Positions 36,865-50,841 of a DNA stretch of 64,000 nt are shown piece by piece. This stretch comes from Marsupella aquatica (Eukaryota; Plantae; Marchantiophyta): positions 12,502,828 to 12,566,827 of the forward strand of contig OZ316894.1 in assembly GCA_973895155.1 (NCBI GenBank), given 5' to 3'. A program made the position numbers and the translations under genes. How positions within the stretch are numbered: the stretch's first letter is position 1; each line of letters opens with the position of its first letter. The notes under the pieces are model-generated. The model made no database searches, was not told the DNA's origin, and saw nothing but the letters and a program-made list of their open reading frames with translations.

Positions 36865-39800
36865 AGCGTCCAGGTCTATCCTGGCTTTAAGTTCACATTT
36901 CTTTCATTTCACATTTTTTAATTCCCTTCAATATCTTTTTTTGTGCAAAGCACATGCATCATTCTTTCATTTCACATTCTTCTTCACTTAAACATCTTCT
37001 TTTGTGGGCACAAGCATCATTCTTTCACTTCACACATTTTTCTTCACTTCAACATCGTCTTCTGTGCAACGCACCTGCAATCAAGCTGATTTGTCTATAA
37101 CAACACGGTCTAAGTGTTCAGTTCTAAATTGTATCATTCGAGAACAGCATTCTCCATTCGGATGGAGAGCTTAAACATGATAAGATTTAATTCTTGCGGT
37201 TGCTTGCTGTTATAAACCGTTCGCTTTCCACGGGGTAAGCTAAAATTTCGTGACTAGACTCTACCAAGCTACAGTGGTTACACAATCTGAGAGAAGAAAG
37301 CTCTGGAAAATTTGCATTTTGGCGGACAGGGTCGTGGTGTATAGGCCGCAAAGGGGGACAAGATTATGGGAGGCGGCGCGAAAAATGAAATCGGAAGATG
37401 AATACCCAATCTCGAGCTGGTGACATACAGAGTTTATACCAAGACGGCCCCAAGGCAAGTGGGCCACTACAGTCTTAAAGTCATCAGATTCTGATGAAGC
37501 TCGATGACACTTGACAGGCAGTGCTTGCCTTCAATGGTTTCGAATTAACACTCGTCTTCAGTCTTCCTGGATAATCGGGCTTTCCAATTTTAGCTTCTTC
37601 CATGAACGTCGCTGAACCTGTCCACGACTGCCGCTTTCCTGTGCAGCCCTCCTTGCTTTGGGCATCTCCAAGAGACCCGGGAGATTCCAAATCGCTGGAG
37701 GTTGCGCTTGTAGTCCAACCCCGAAGATAGATGCACGCCTGGCATTCCCTTGGTCCATATATATACGTATATGCCCAAGGCTGGCGATGCACTAGGTCCA
37801 CCACCCTGATTTCTTGATTGCCATAAGCGCACTGACAAGGCTCATATAAGTAGGCATTGATCAATGAGCTTCAGCCTTCCAGCAGTGTCGAAAAAAGTTG
37901 TCACAATGTGAAACAAGAAATATAGATGAACTTCTGCACACTCGACATTTTAACGCATGAAGATTTATTTCATATGAGCTTCCCAAGCCTGCAACGTAAA
38001 GTTTGTACATCAGAGAATGTAGATGAACTTACGTATCCTGAACTAGCTTGGTGGTGTAATGGCTTGTCCTCGTCCGCAGTGCTAAGTCTGGCGCAGTTCC
38101 ATTGAGCTCCCCCCCCACGTACCGGAGATGGATGCAAATAAGAAAAAGCAGCTAAAGAGATACGTTGCGCTCAAGTTAAAAGTCGTTTTTAGAGGCCCAA
38201 GGACTTCTATATGAAGGCGATTCTGTTCCAAGGAGTACCCCTCGCGAGATCCTAATAATCCTCCTCACACAGCAAACTATCAAACCGCAGTGTCACCTGC
38301 TGGACTAACCTTAAAATTTATGCAAAAATCTAGCTTACAAGCTGATATTCACCCTTTAAATGACGAAGTACCATAAGTATAAAAGTAGCTCTGCGATAGA
38401 TGACATCCCGTCTCCGAAAGAAGACCACTACTGGTGACAGCATCTACTTACATCAGGTCAACCCGGCAGAACATCATGGCATAAAACTTCGTAGTCTTCA
38501 TCGGGTACAACAATCAACCAAGTAGAGGAAGAATCTACTGACCCCACCTGTCCGTAAATAACACCCCACCCATCCTTGGTCGACAGATAGGTTGCGAAGA
38601 ATTGTTCCGGAAGTAGAAGAGGATGCGTCTCCAATGATCGAAGGAGGAAACTGCGAATGGTCCATACCACGCTCGAACCGTTGCGAATATCCCTATAGAA
38701 ATGGAATTGAGGCTCCTCCTGTGAGATAGCTCAACCCCCTGATAGAACAAACCATTATATGGCCAAGATTCAAGAGAAAGGTTTGTGGTAGCTCTGGCTC
38801 ACTCAACAGGATTTGAAAAGTGTACTCGCCTCCTTACCAGCATCAACAAGGGAAGACAACAACCAGCTAGCCACTTTCTTATGCACTTGAACGTCACGGG
38901 AGCAACCACACGTGCGCACGTGCTGGAGACGAGCACTTTCATCTCGAGCCCTATTGTGTAGTCCAAGAGAGAGCCAAATGAAACTAAGATCACACCAAAC
39001 GTATTAAAACCTTGATCGGACCAAACTTATATCGGGGAAAATGCAAATTCCCATTGCAGCAGAAAATTACTCAGAAACGGAATTAGTGGGGAGAGTTAAT
39101 TCCCCAAAAAGAGCAAGATAAGGAACGTCCCTAACAAAGACAGACTTCTCACCTGCACCAGGCCATCAGGAAGGACCCATGCTAAAGTCCCCGGCCAGTT
39201 AGAAACTACTCTATAAATATGAACTTCGACTCCAGCTGACATCCAAGGGGTACCAAAGAAGAAGAACAGATACAATTAGAAATCCTTCGTGAGTGACCAA
39301 ACAAAGCTGAGGAAGACATCACATTGCTACAGAGCGAACAAGCTAGATCACCCAACATTTGAAAAGGTGTTAGGACACCTTAGATTGGCTAATGAGTACC
39401 TAAAGGTCGTCTAGAGGAAAGGACACCAAAACCAAACCAGGCTTGAAGAGAACCGGATGTTCGCAACAGTCTATCCCATTAAAATATAGGCACTAATCAA
39501 CATATACTGTGCAGTACCAGACCAAATGGCTCAACCATGCTGAGTACTGTAGAAGGCTGCCAGCAACAGAATTTAACAGGGATCAAAATATTGACTGGAA
39601 AATAAGCATGCAAAGACCGTCACTTGATATCCAGTGGTTTGACAGCATCTAGAAATAGTCAGTGCGTAAGATCCACGCGTAGAGAATTGAGGGGGAATTC
39701 AATTTCACAGCAATTAGGGTGAGCTTCCAGAATGGTTCACCTAGGGATAGGTACCTGCGCAAATGCGGAAGGTAGACCTGGGGCAAATAGAACCAGTATT

Positions 39801-40225
39801 CACAGGGATCTGAAAAGAGAGCGTCGACCTGGAACAGACTGAAACAGGATCCAGTTCATTCACAGGAATCTGAATAAAGAGCAACCAACCAAGCCATCTT
39901 CACCAGGACCCACCCAGAGGATCGGTAGTGAAATGTACACAGACTGCATTGCTGCAGCATCAGGTGTATCAAAGATTATCACAGATGTCATCGCACACAG
40001 CTACCCAACTCAAGCAAATGATGCTCTCACGGACAGTGGACCAGACATACTGGTAGTGGCCGTACTATCGACTGCTTATACCGAACGCATCCAAAACAAA
40101 CACAGGGCAATGAGATCTTCCAGGCGAACTACCGTGTGTCGATATTTCATCCTTATTCTGTAGGATGATATTGATGTGGATCCACTTGGTATCGACCCAG
40201 AGAACAGCCTTCGCAGCAGATTTTA

Positions 40226-43200
40226 TCATCCAGCTGCACTAACTACTGTCCCACCATTAGTTGATGGCAGCCCATCTCTACTACGCTGTTGCTCTAGATC
40301 CACTCGTTGGTCTTCCATCCTTGAATCATTCTGCTACATCAAGACGGTTACAACAAGTCAGTCTACTGGAGCACACCACCTGCTCAAGAATCACGCTTGA
40401 AGCAACAAAAACATCTTGCAAAGGGAAGGAGTTGGAAGGAAGACGCACAGGAGTTTGAGGAACATGTTCTCCCACTATATGCTGCAATGCAGCTATTTGC
40501 TGCTGCTGCTGCATGATTATCTGCAGAAACAAATCACCTTGCAATCTCAAAATTGTGCATCCTACAAACATGGCGGGGAAAATAGCGGAAGTGCATAAAC
40601 TGCTGACTTCTTGGCAAGAGATCTTCTTACGTCTCATTAATACTGCATTATGGCATGCATATCCAATAGCATGATATTTCGAAACTTGAACCCTGCTGGG
40701 TTTACTACATGATTAATGCGTAAACGCCAAATCAATTCCATTGCATGATTGCCTTTCATGTAACCGCATCACAGAGTACTTTCGCATAATAAACTCGCCA
40801 ACCCTCGTCATATGTTTACAAGGATTTCAAGAGAGCAGCTTCCATTTTCCCTGGAGATCTCAGACTGAAAAAAACACTTACTTGCTGCTGCTGAAGAGCA
40901 TGCGGTTGCTGAGGAGCCCCAGGCAGAGGAGGGTTTTTCGACAAGTCTCTTAAGACACCCTGCCACACGAAGTAGACGTTAGCTTCGAGCTAAGAAGGAG
41001 CATAGTCAATATCATTCAGAGAGCACTACATTCACTCGTGGTTTCAACGGCGATATAGTCGTCACTAAAGCTCATGTGGCCACGACTGAGAACGCAAGGG
41101 ATCCAGTCACAATTGACCCGACTTTGTTAAAGAATTCTCAAACTTAGAAAAGCATTAGAAAGGATTTGTGGGCCTTCCATACTGAATCAACCGGAAAGAC
41201 AGATTCGCATAGAAACAGGATGACGCTTTATATGGTGAATCAGTGCACAAGAGCTATGATCCATGAGACTCGCAACCTTCTGGCGAAAGTGACTGCGCGA
41301 AGTTTGACTATCACTTCCCACTCTGACGTGGTCTAATTTTAAGAATTAGCATATGACAGGGATATGCCAACGACTACATCAAAGAAAAAACCACTTCAAA
41401 GTAGAAATGAGCGGCAGCAAATACCACCAAAAACTTACATGCACCTCAGAAACGACCTCCCCAGATGATATCAGTCATGCACTTCAGGTAAATATAAATA
41501 CAATGGACAACTTATGATCCCGTCTAAAGGTTACTGCTGGCTTAGCAATGGTTCTAGTTGACTTGCTTTGCCCAGATTACTTCATTTCACAGTGTTTCAA
41601 GTCCAAGTCTCACCTTGTTGGCCCACATCAGTCCACATGCATTACAGAGTGTTCTAGGCCCTGATGGGCCCCGACGCATCATTGGAGTAGACCTCTCCCC
41701 AATCCCACAGTGGACACATCTGCCAGACCGCTATCCGTCAGTTCCGCCTCGCCCAGACTACCATGCAGTGTAAGGTCTTACAAAACCCATTTGCCAGGAA
41801 CAGAAGTCATTCCAATTCACGAGATCATTTGGTGCAAAACAAGCACAAATAATGCATTTACCCCTCCAATCGTCAAATTAACTGCCCGATTTCCGTACAA
41901 TGTTTTGCCATTCGGTCGACTAAACCCATCTGCTGCTGTCAGCTTTACGAATTGTGAAAGTTGCTCATCCTTTGTTCTCAAACGAGTAACTAGTAAATGG
42001 TCCCTTTCAATACTTCACACTACAAAACTAGGTTGAAGGACGTGTACAACACGATGGAAGGTACAAGAAGTACACCTTCAGGGATAAGATCATCTTTGTT
42101 CAATAGAGGGGACCGTCAAATATCCCTCCCTGTTGTCTTCTGACATCTTCAGAGAGGTACAGTTATAACCCAAATAAAACACCTAGCAATTCACCAAAAT
42201 AATCCCAACTATGAAGCCTCACAGTTCAACTTCCCTCCAGACCGGTGCTTGCTGTCTAACTTTTTGTAGTGTTTTTAGTTAAAAAGCAAAATAACACATG
42301 CACGAGACCATCCTCGTTTCGACTATACTACACTGTAGAATCTCTCGGCATAAGAATTGGACACTTACGACGTACTGGCAAGAGAACCGACTTATTACCG
42401 GCACTCAGATGGCTGCAGGACTTTTCAAACACCATCTGACCATTGCGTGGTCATCTCACAATCAATGCCCAACTTCCCAAGACATTTGATTAACGACCTG
42501 TATGGAAAGATTGAAGAAATGTAGAAAATTTTTGTTTTTCGTGAACAGTTACGGGTAGCAGAACGTACGTTACTTCCTGTTGACTCCCAGCAGCTCCAAC
42601 AAGTTGACCCGTAGCTTGAGAACTGTCCCAGTTAGAGACCGACCCTTGCTCGGTATCACTTGCCCTCGATGAAGCAAATTGACCCTTCTTTCTTTGCATC
42701 CTGGACAAATTCCATGAAATTATTAAGAAACACCCGCAAAATCGGAGCCGTGCTGCCCTGCAGATCAAAGCTGCCGAGGCGATGCTTGAAAAAGGAGTAG
42801 CTCGATCAATCGTAGCAATATGTATATTTGGAAAGTAGACAAGACAGGCCATATTGCAGCCACTAACGAAATAACCCTTTTCACTTAAAATACACACCTC
42901 TGAGCAACTTCTTTCCGAACGTTGTAGCGGATCTTCTTATCATAACAGCGCTCTTTCCGCTTCTCACGAAACCTGGTTAAGGATGCAAGGCGTTGAGGCA
43001 TATTCATACGTGCTGGTAGCTCTGAAACTCCCTGTCACGCAATCAACCCACATTTCAGAAGGCATTATACGCACTGACAGCGACTTACTGCAGAGGGTTC
43101 AATGAAACCGAAAATACACTGTAAGGTCTAATGAAAGGCGAATTTCATATGAGCAGCAGCAGTGTTAACCTTAGTAGTGTGGTGGTGACCTGTAACACTC

Positions 43201-44157
43201 ACTCCAGACATTCCCGGGGGTATTTCACGCCCCCCTAATAACAAGAGCACTGCTTGCACCTGAATTAGCAAGTAAAAAGCAATTCAGTCACTTTAACCGA
43301 TGGGCACACGAACGAAGTCAAATGAGAGAAAACAGACGAAATCGAGAGCGATAAGGACTTCTGCGGAGAATGCAAAGGACCAGACCCCAAAAAATCCAGA
43401 TAAGTGCATTCACTTGGGAGAATATTAAGCCTGCTTTTGAGTTGATGCACCGCTATTACTGAGGGTCAAACCCAAAGATGATGGGTGAAACTGCTCGTCC
43501 TAAACTGTCAAGTGCGCCTATCGTGATCTCCTACAGCTACAAAAGAGTAAATTACCTGCCCGTATCCTTTCAACCATTTTCACGTGAGAACAATTGAACT
43601 GCTCAATTTTTAAATCGTGCAAGAGCTTCCAAAACTGAGACAGACCCTAATGCTTCGAATAAACAGGAGTCCCGAGGTGAAACGATACGTACTTTCTCGG
43701 GAGGAACAGTATCGAATACATAAGCCTCTCCTTGATATGTTAAGGTCAATTGCGTGGCGCCTTGACCTCTAACGGCAAGTTGAGTCCGCGCATCACCAGG
43801 ATGGTCACCATCAGAGTGCATTTCCGCCTCGTCCAAACCTTCGTCATCCCTTGGGTCGTCATCCTGCTCTTCCATGCGGACACCATTTTCACCACTCTGC
43901 TGGAGTCCCTGATCGTGTCCATCGTGCCCATGAACATGCCCACTATGTCCATGCTCCGTGTCTACGTGTGCTTGAGCATCGCCTTGTACTTGGCCTCCTG
44001 CCTCGACTATCCCTAGAGGCTGGGGGTGATGTAAATCGGCATGATGAGGATGCGGGTGGCCAACGGACAGCCCATGCGAGTGACCGAGTGAGTGCGGATG
44101 CAAGCCATGGTGGCCATGGAGAGCCTGAGGGTGCGCGAGATGATCTGAGTCAGTCAT
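40226..44157 (-). CDS. ZML: ZIM-like GATA transcription factor (TIFY + CCT + CX2CX20CX2C GATA finger), 8 coding exons
   Basis: Exons 44157-43693 ([20 protein letters not shown]), 43259-43170 ([10 protein letters not shown]), 43031-42898 ([30 protein letters not shown]), 42700-42569, 41719-41614 ([35 protein letters not shown]), 40959-40882, 40520-40449 and 40330-40226. All introns are GT-AG. The last two exons are less certain. Confidence 0.93.
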
Positions 44158-46424
44158 CGCTCACATTACTCTGCCCCCTGACTAGTTTCGCATCCAATTG
44201 CAACACCTTGCGAACTTCGATCACACCAGCAACCTGATACCGGTCGACAGCAACATGTCAACCCTACTCCTCACCTGTCCGTCACTTGGCAGCCAACGTG
44301 CGACCCGGAAGATATCCTCAATGCCTCCTGGAATGGCAGTATTGCGAGACACCAAATCCACAACACAAGTTTCCTAGCCTTGCTCCGCCTCGCCCCGCCC
44401 AGCCCAGCCCAGCCCCGGCCCGCCCTGTGGAACCGGTTGACCGCTTCTCTGCGATAGAAACGCGACTAAACAACCTCTGTTTCTATTCTACATTCTCGGT
44501 TCGAACACAGTTCCCGAACCCAAACCGATGCGATTGGACCAAAAAGGCTTCGACTCTCACGCATGTCTGCGTCTGTACCGAGTACTAGTGTAATCCGAAG
44601 CAGCAACCAAACAACCAATCCCGGTCCCGTCGTAAAAAAGTGGAAAGAACAGGCATTACCTCTCCACAGGACCCGACCCTATACCAGTCCACTATTCCAG
44701 CACTCCCACTACTTTGAGTACTTTCCTTTCGCCACCCGAGCCCCAGAGTTCTTGCCCTCTCCAATTACACCACTCCTTCTGGCTCCAAGAACACGAGACC
44801 AGACGAGACCAGAGCAACCACCGGGGCGGAGCATCCACTGTGATGCAAAGAACGGGCACGCGACCCAACTCAACCCTAGTGATGCAAACGAGAGAGGACG
44901 ATGATGATATTCGTTTACCGTGCGAAAAGAACAACACCAAAGTAAAAGGTGTCTTTCAGAGGAATTGGTGGCAGATTTCAACGAGTACTGCTGCTGCTGC
45001 TGCTGCTGCAGAGAAGACGGAACGAAACAACAATATGTGCAAAGCAGCAAGGGTAGTTTTGTAGCACCAACTGTCGCATAGAGCGCCCCGACTCCGGAGA
45101 ACCGGCCAGCGCTTTATTAAAAGGGTCCTTAATTAGTGAAGTCAGTGCAAAATACCTGTAGATAGAGAGGACATCCTTGCCTTTGGAGAGAACCCTCATA
45201 CTTTATGAGATCACAAACAGAGTCAATCAGCTTGTGCTAACTAAATGGTGGGGTGACGTCTGTTTGTGTCAAGCAATCAATCATCAATCAATCAAATCAT
45301 AATGACACTAACAACAATTGTGAGTTTTATGCACGACTTTTCATGTTTGTGGTAATCCGTGCAAGGTAGGGCTCCTGTTTGGGACAATAATATCATTATG
45401 ACTCGAAGACCCAAAATGCCGTCAATAGTTTGAGAATATGGGCGTCTTAACATTCTTTTGTGCAAAGCTGGAAGTTGATACTAGAATGGCCCACAATGTT
45501 TGATCTCGTATTGCTATGGACCAAGCAAATTTTGACACCAGAGACGGTGAACATTTGTACAAAGGAGAGAACTTGTTGAATGACAAACAATAATAATGCT
45601 TCAAAGCAGTCCTTCGTATCTTGTCAAACATTGCTTGGGACAAGTCTAATTTTCTATATCTTTTCCTCTTTGTCATTTCTTTATTTCTTTTGCTCCGCTA
45701 GTTTATTCCCCCAGTTGTTCACTATTTTCCCAGTAAGTCCTCCATTCATATTCTTTCAGTGGTCTTCTTCTTGATTTTTTTCTCATATTTTTTGTTCCGG
45801 TTTTTCTTCACCCCCTTGTTTGTCTTACAAGCTACAAGCTTTGGATCTGCTCTCCATATAAACCTTTGAAGACTGTCAGATCTTATCCCAAAAATTTTCG
45901 TTGTAAGAAAATCAAACATCTTTATTCTAAATCCATGACATCCTAATTAAAAGCCCTTTTTATCCCCTTTGGACCAACCAAGTACTTAGAGATAAGAAAC
46001 ATAAATTTCTCCTAAAATGAAATTAATTAAAATACTTGCAAATTTAAACATCAAAATAGTTATATTTCTAGACTACAATTCACAATCAAAGGCTATCTTT
46101 CATGACCTACCCCATACAATAAAACCATATGCAGTAATTTATCAGATAACAATAAATTTTGATATTTAGCTATGCTTGTGAGTAGGAATAGGCACAGGGA
46201 GTAGGGTTTAAGGAGCCCCTTCCCTTGCACACACATTGGTCTGGTACAGATTAACTTAGATAATGGCAAAGTGCAAACTAAAATAAGGGGAAGGCTTGAA
46301 GACAACTTTTAGGGTATTTATGTAATTCCTAGTGCTAGAGGGCTTGAGATGCTACTAACCGTATGCTTACCAACTCCCTCTGTTTGTTCCTGAGGAAAGC
46401 AAACCATCTCAATACATATTATCT

Positions 46425-46768
46425 TGTAGAGCATAGACGACATTCGCAACGGCAAGCCCATGAACCATCCAACGCACAATAGTCGACACAGAGAGATACG
46501 TGGTTCACCTCCACATGAGGCTACGTCCACGGGAACACACAAGAGCTTTACTGCACTCTAGGCCGACCGGCCATACCAAGCATCCACAGCACAAGCTCTC
46601 CCTATCTCTCAACTAGCTCCGTAACAATGAGCCTAAGTTCCACCAGGGTCTGGCATCAGCCCTGGCTATATGCACAACAGCACTACCGCTAACCTTAGCT
46701 AGGTCCTAACCTGAGTTAGCATAACTGTGGTTAGCACAAGAGTCACAAGACTAGAGCAATATCTAACA
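46425..46768 (-). mobile_element. Copia-family solo LTR (344 bp)
   Basis: The reverse complement matches the copia LTR 3' half. TSD TATCT (46420-46424 / 46769-46773). Confidence 0.88.
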
Positions 46769-47499
46769 TATCTCACTATATACTTGGGATACCATTTCTC
46801 AGTACACATTATTATTATTATTATTATTAAAATTATATTCCCTCCTGCCATTTTTTACAGTGGTCATCTTACAAATTAATCCGTGGACCCCCATGTTCAT
46901 CCAATGAATGTTTGTGTGATTAAGTGAAATTAATTTTCATCAAGGCGGTAACCAACGGTTTTGAGTCTCCCGACGGTGTTGGTGTGTGCTCGTACAAAAA
47001 CAAATGCTCAAAAGATAGAGATTTATCAAATGGAAGGTTGAATGTGGAGGAATTGAGTTTTCTTATAGGTTTTGCTTACACATTGGAGAAATCATCTTTC
47101 AACCATTCTTGATTGATTGTTTGTGAGTTACATTGAGCATTACCGCCACAAGACAATCTAGAGCACAACACTCAGTTGTTGGCAAAAGAGCGCTTGTCAA
47201 TTTGGTGGGAAGAACACACAAAACGAAAGAGCCGTCACTTCAAACAAAGGATTTGTAGTTATTTTATTTAAGAAAGCTATGGTGTGAGGGGAAGACCAAC
47301 AATTGTTTCTTTGACATAGAGGCTGCATTTGGCGTTAACCTGTGTTTAGAGTGAGCTTTAGTTGAAGACCATCTAAGAGATGCGAACAATTCAAGCCGGG
47401 AAGCAAGCATTGTGGACAAGCGATGGTGACATAATCAAAGAAATCAATTTGTAGCGGCTAAGTTTGTGACGGTGATGAGATTGTGATATCTCTTAATCG

Positions 47500-47985
47500 A
47501 GAAAGGGTTTCCAATGAGCCTCAAATTGACAAATTTTGTCAAGTTCCATATGAGTTTTTGAATATCTTTGCCTTTCCAATGAGTGTTAGTATAAGAAATT
47601 TTGATTATGAGTTCATGAATTCTTTTAGCTTTCTAACATTGAGTCTGACATTTACAAATTTTATGTCAGATTTTGTCACGGTACTCAAGAGATCAGGAGA
47701 CTTTCAATCTTTTTAGCTTTCTAATGTGTGACATTGAGATTATTTGTCAAGAAATAGAGAGATCATGAGTATCTAAATTTCTCTAGCTTTCAAATGAACC
47801 TAACATTGATAGATTTTGTCAAGTACTAAGGAGATGATGAGTTTTTAATTTTACTCTAGCTTTCCAATGAGTGACATTGAGAGATTTTATCAAGACATTA
47901 CTAAAGAGATCACGAGTTTCTAAATCTTGATCTTGAATTTTCCAATGAATCAAACATTGGCAAATTTTATCAAGTACTAAGGAGA
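47500..47985. repeat. Degenerate ~60-bp tandem repeats (AGCTTTCCAATGAG...ACATTG...ATTTTGTCAAG), probably within an old DNA-TE remnant
   Basis: The motif recurs about every 60 bp. TTGGGATAC flanks the wider region (46784-46792, 48807-48815), but the TIRs are unconvincing. Confidence 0.55.
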
Positions 47986-50841
47986 TTTATTATTTAGTTT
48001 TACAATGTGAAGCCAAATGGGTTTTAATTATGTACATTTCTATTGATTGATTTTTTCAAACTTGCAAACAATTAAAAAATACAAGCATTTTGATATAAAA
48101 CACTGATATATCTTTGACAAATATCAAAATGGTAACTTTGTTTACTAAATGACATCTCTTCTTTTGTATTTTGGTCTTTTTACGTTTAATATTTACGGCA
48201 TGGCGCCCCAAAAATTACGTTGCTTTTGCCACAAACAGGTATGTGCACGTTTGTTATTGTTAAAAGTAGGATCATTCCTGTTTGTGGCTAGTTGTGATGA
48301 TGTGGCGCAACCTCATGGCAGAGAATTTGCAAGAGACCCCTAATGGAGGTCCGTAAATATAGCATTTTCTGTGCCAAAAGAAATCAGATTGTACAATGGT
48401 CATCTTACAGAATACAGCATTTTATGTGCCCAAAAAATTCAGAAAGCAAAGCTAGAAGGGGGGTATCTAAAAGCAAGCCACCACCAAATTAAAGTGGAGA
48501 GGAAAGAATACTTCTTTGTCCTCCTCATCAATGTACTTGCAAGTATAGTCTCTGCCCTACTCATTGTACTTGCAAGTTCACTAAGTGGTCCAATTCTTGG
48601 CCATTGTCTTCTTTGTATTGCCCATTGCCTAATGTACTCCCCATGTCCATGCAATGCAAGGTGGGAGTACTTGCCCCTTCCCTTGGTACTCCCATGAAAT
48701 GAATAGGTTCTATGAAAACAAATTTACTTGGCAAAATTCAATATGTATTTGATGAAACAGCAAGGGATTAGGGTACCAAAGTACTCTTGACCGGGGTGAC
48801 AGAATTTTGGGATACATATATGAGGGCACCACCACATATGACAACATCCTTTGCGCAATGTCATCTTTTATGCATGGGCATCTCTTTCAGTACATATCTT
48901 TTTCATGAATGACATGTTTTACTTAACAACATGTGTTGTGCAACAATGTATGTTACTTAACTACATTTTTTGTGTACTAATGATATATTTTACTATTTAA
49001 CTATATCTTTTGCACAATAACATTTTTGATAAGGTCTGTCTTGCATGTGCAAGAGTCCTGAAAAATGCGACCCCTAGCAACCCACAGATGTCAGGAAAAA
49101 GTGTGACCCACGATCTAAGCACAATCAAGAACAGCTTTGTCACACCATTCTGAGTAGTGTAGTAGTATATCGTGCTATTAGAGTATGTACGTTTGGTATG
49201 AGTGCTATTGGAGCCGATAAGGTTCTGTCAGGTTTGTGTGAGAGGGTACTTCTCACTTGTGAGGCATTGAAAGGTCATCTTTCAATGTTGAGCCTTGGAG
49301 AGAGAGGAGCTTGAGTGTGGCTATGGTGGCTGTGAGCTCCGCTTGTGTAACGTGGATTCCTTGAGTAGTGCAAGGTGCGTTGGCTTGACATACGTGTGTG
49401 ATCGGATCGGTGCGGGATCGATGGGGTATTGTTGACCGAGATCGTTGTGCCGATTGTATGGAGATTACATTGAAAGATCACATTCGAAATCTGTTGTACG
49501 GACTGTGCGGAGAGAAGTTTGATTGATTGAGTTGTCGACGGTTCGTGGTAGCTCAGATCGTGTGTTGTTATCGAACAGATTGTTGGTATCTTGACCTGTA
49601 TCGTTGTTGTCCAATCGGCCTGCTTCCCGATCGATGTACAGATCTGTGATTGGTGACAGGTTTTGAGTTGGAGGTCGATTGATGATTCGTGGAGGAAAGC
49701 GAATGTTGAGTAGATGTTGGACAGTGGAAGTCGATCCGTGAGGCTTCAGATCCGATTGCCGGCTACTGTGAGGCTTCAGATCTGATTGTCGGCTACTATG
49801 GGGCTTCAGATCTGATTGCCGGCTATTGTTGGACGATGTTGGCAAGGCGCAGATGAAGCGACGGCTCTTTTCCTGAAGGAACGGAGCTGCCAATGCCCCG
49901 TGCGATGGTATCATCGTTTCAGTGAAAGAAACGAGGGTCAAGGGTGTTGAATCAAGCTGCTGCCAATTCTGTGGAAGGGCTGCGTTTTTCATGAAGGAAA
50001 ACGACGGTTTTCGGGAGCTTTTCGTGAAGGAAGTAGTCATTTTTGGGGTTAGGTGTGAGGCGCACGAGGTCACCCATCCCGAAAGTGCTCGCGCGAGGCG
50101 ACGCGTGAGGTCACCCATCCCGAAAGTGCTCCCAACCGCGAGCGCGAAGTCACCCGTCGCGAGCGCAGGTGTGCAGGCAGGCGTGAGGTCGAGGTCACCC
50201 ATCCCGGGGCTATTCCGGGCCGTGAGCGCGAGGGGAGGCACAAGGTCGAGCGCGAGGAGGTCACCCATCCCGGGGCTATTCCCGGCCGCGAGAGCTTAAC
50301 TGGCAAGTTCTCATCCCACCTTGTGTACACACAAGCTTTGACAACTTGTTGTTTAGATTCAAGCGCCAGGGGGCTTTATATACTTCCCGGTTTGTTTAGA
50401 GGCCTATTCTAGGCCAAATCAGAGGCTGTTTGAGGGTTTTTGATACTTCTGAGTCCATCTAGACTCACAGATTGAACCAATTTTGCCTTGGTTCTCATCT
50501 ACAACATTGGAGTGCCATTGTGAAGCCTATTATGAAGGCTCTTCCTTGAACCTTATGCACATTGTCATATTGATTTGCATTTGCTTTTGTGTGGAGAGTT
50601 GAATGGTATCCATTCTTGTTTCTGGATCCTCTTCACACATGTTTCCTGTTTATGCGCCATGTTAGTTTCGTGTGGGCGCTTGATTCCATAGGAGTGATCC
50701 GGGTTTGCAACTGGACATTCTAGTGTGCTGTGTATTTCTCTCTTGGTGATGTTGGAGTGATGTCCAACACACCATGGTGAGTGCTTGTGGTGCTGACAGG
50801 GATAGATTGCCCTTAGGGTTAGCACATAGATTAGGTTAGGG

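Noticed and set aside
37261-39200. Possible additional minus-strand spliced gene downstream of the GATA gene
   Set aside because: There are some splice-like signals, but I could not assemble a recognisable protein. It may be UTR or non-coding; RNA-seq is needed.
46793-48806. Mutator-like element suggested by the 9-bp direct repeat TTGGGATAC
   Set aside because: No convincing TIRs or transposase, so only the internal repeats are reported.
49465-50268. 267-aa antisense ORF in the leader of copy 2
   Set aside because: It is built from local repeats and is not conserved as an ORF in copy 1.
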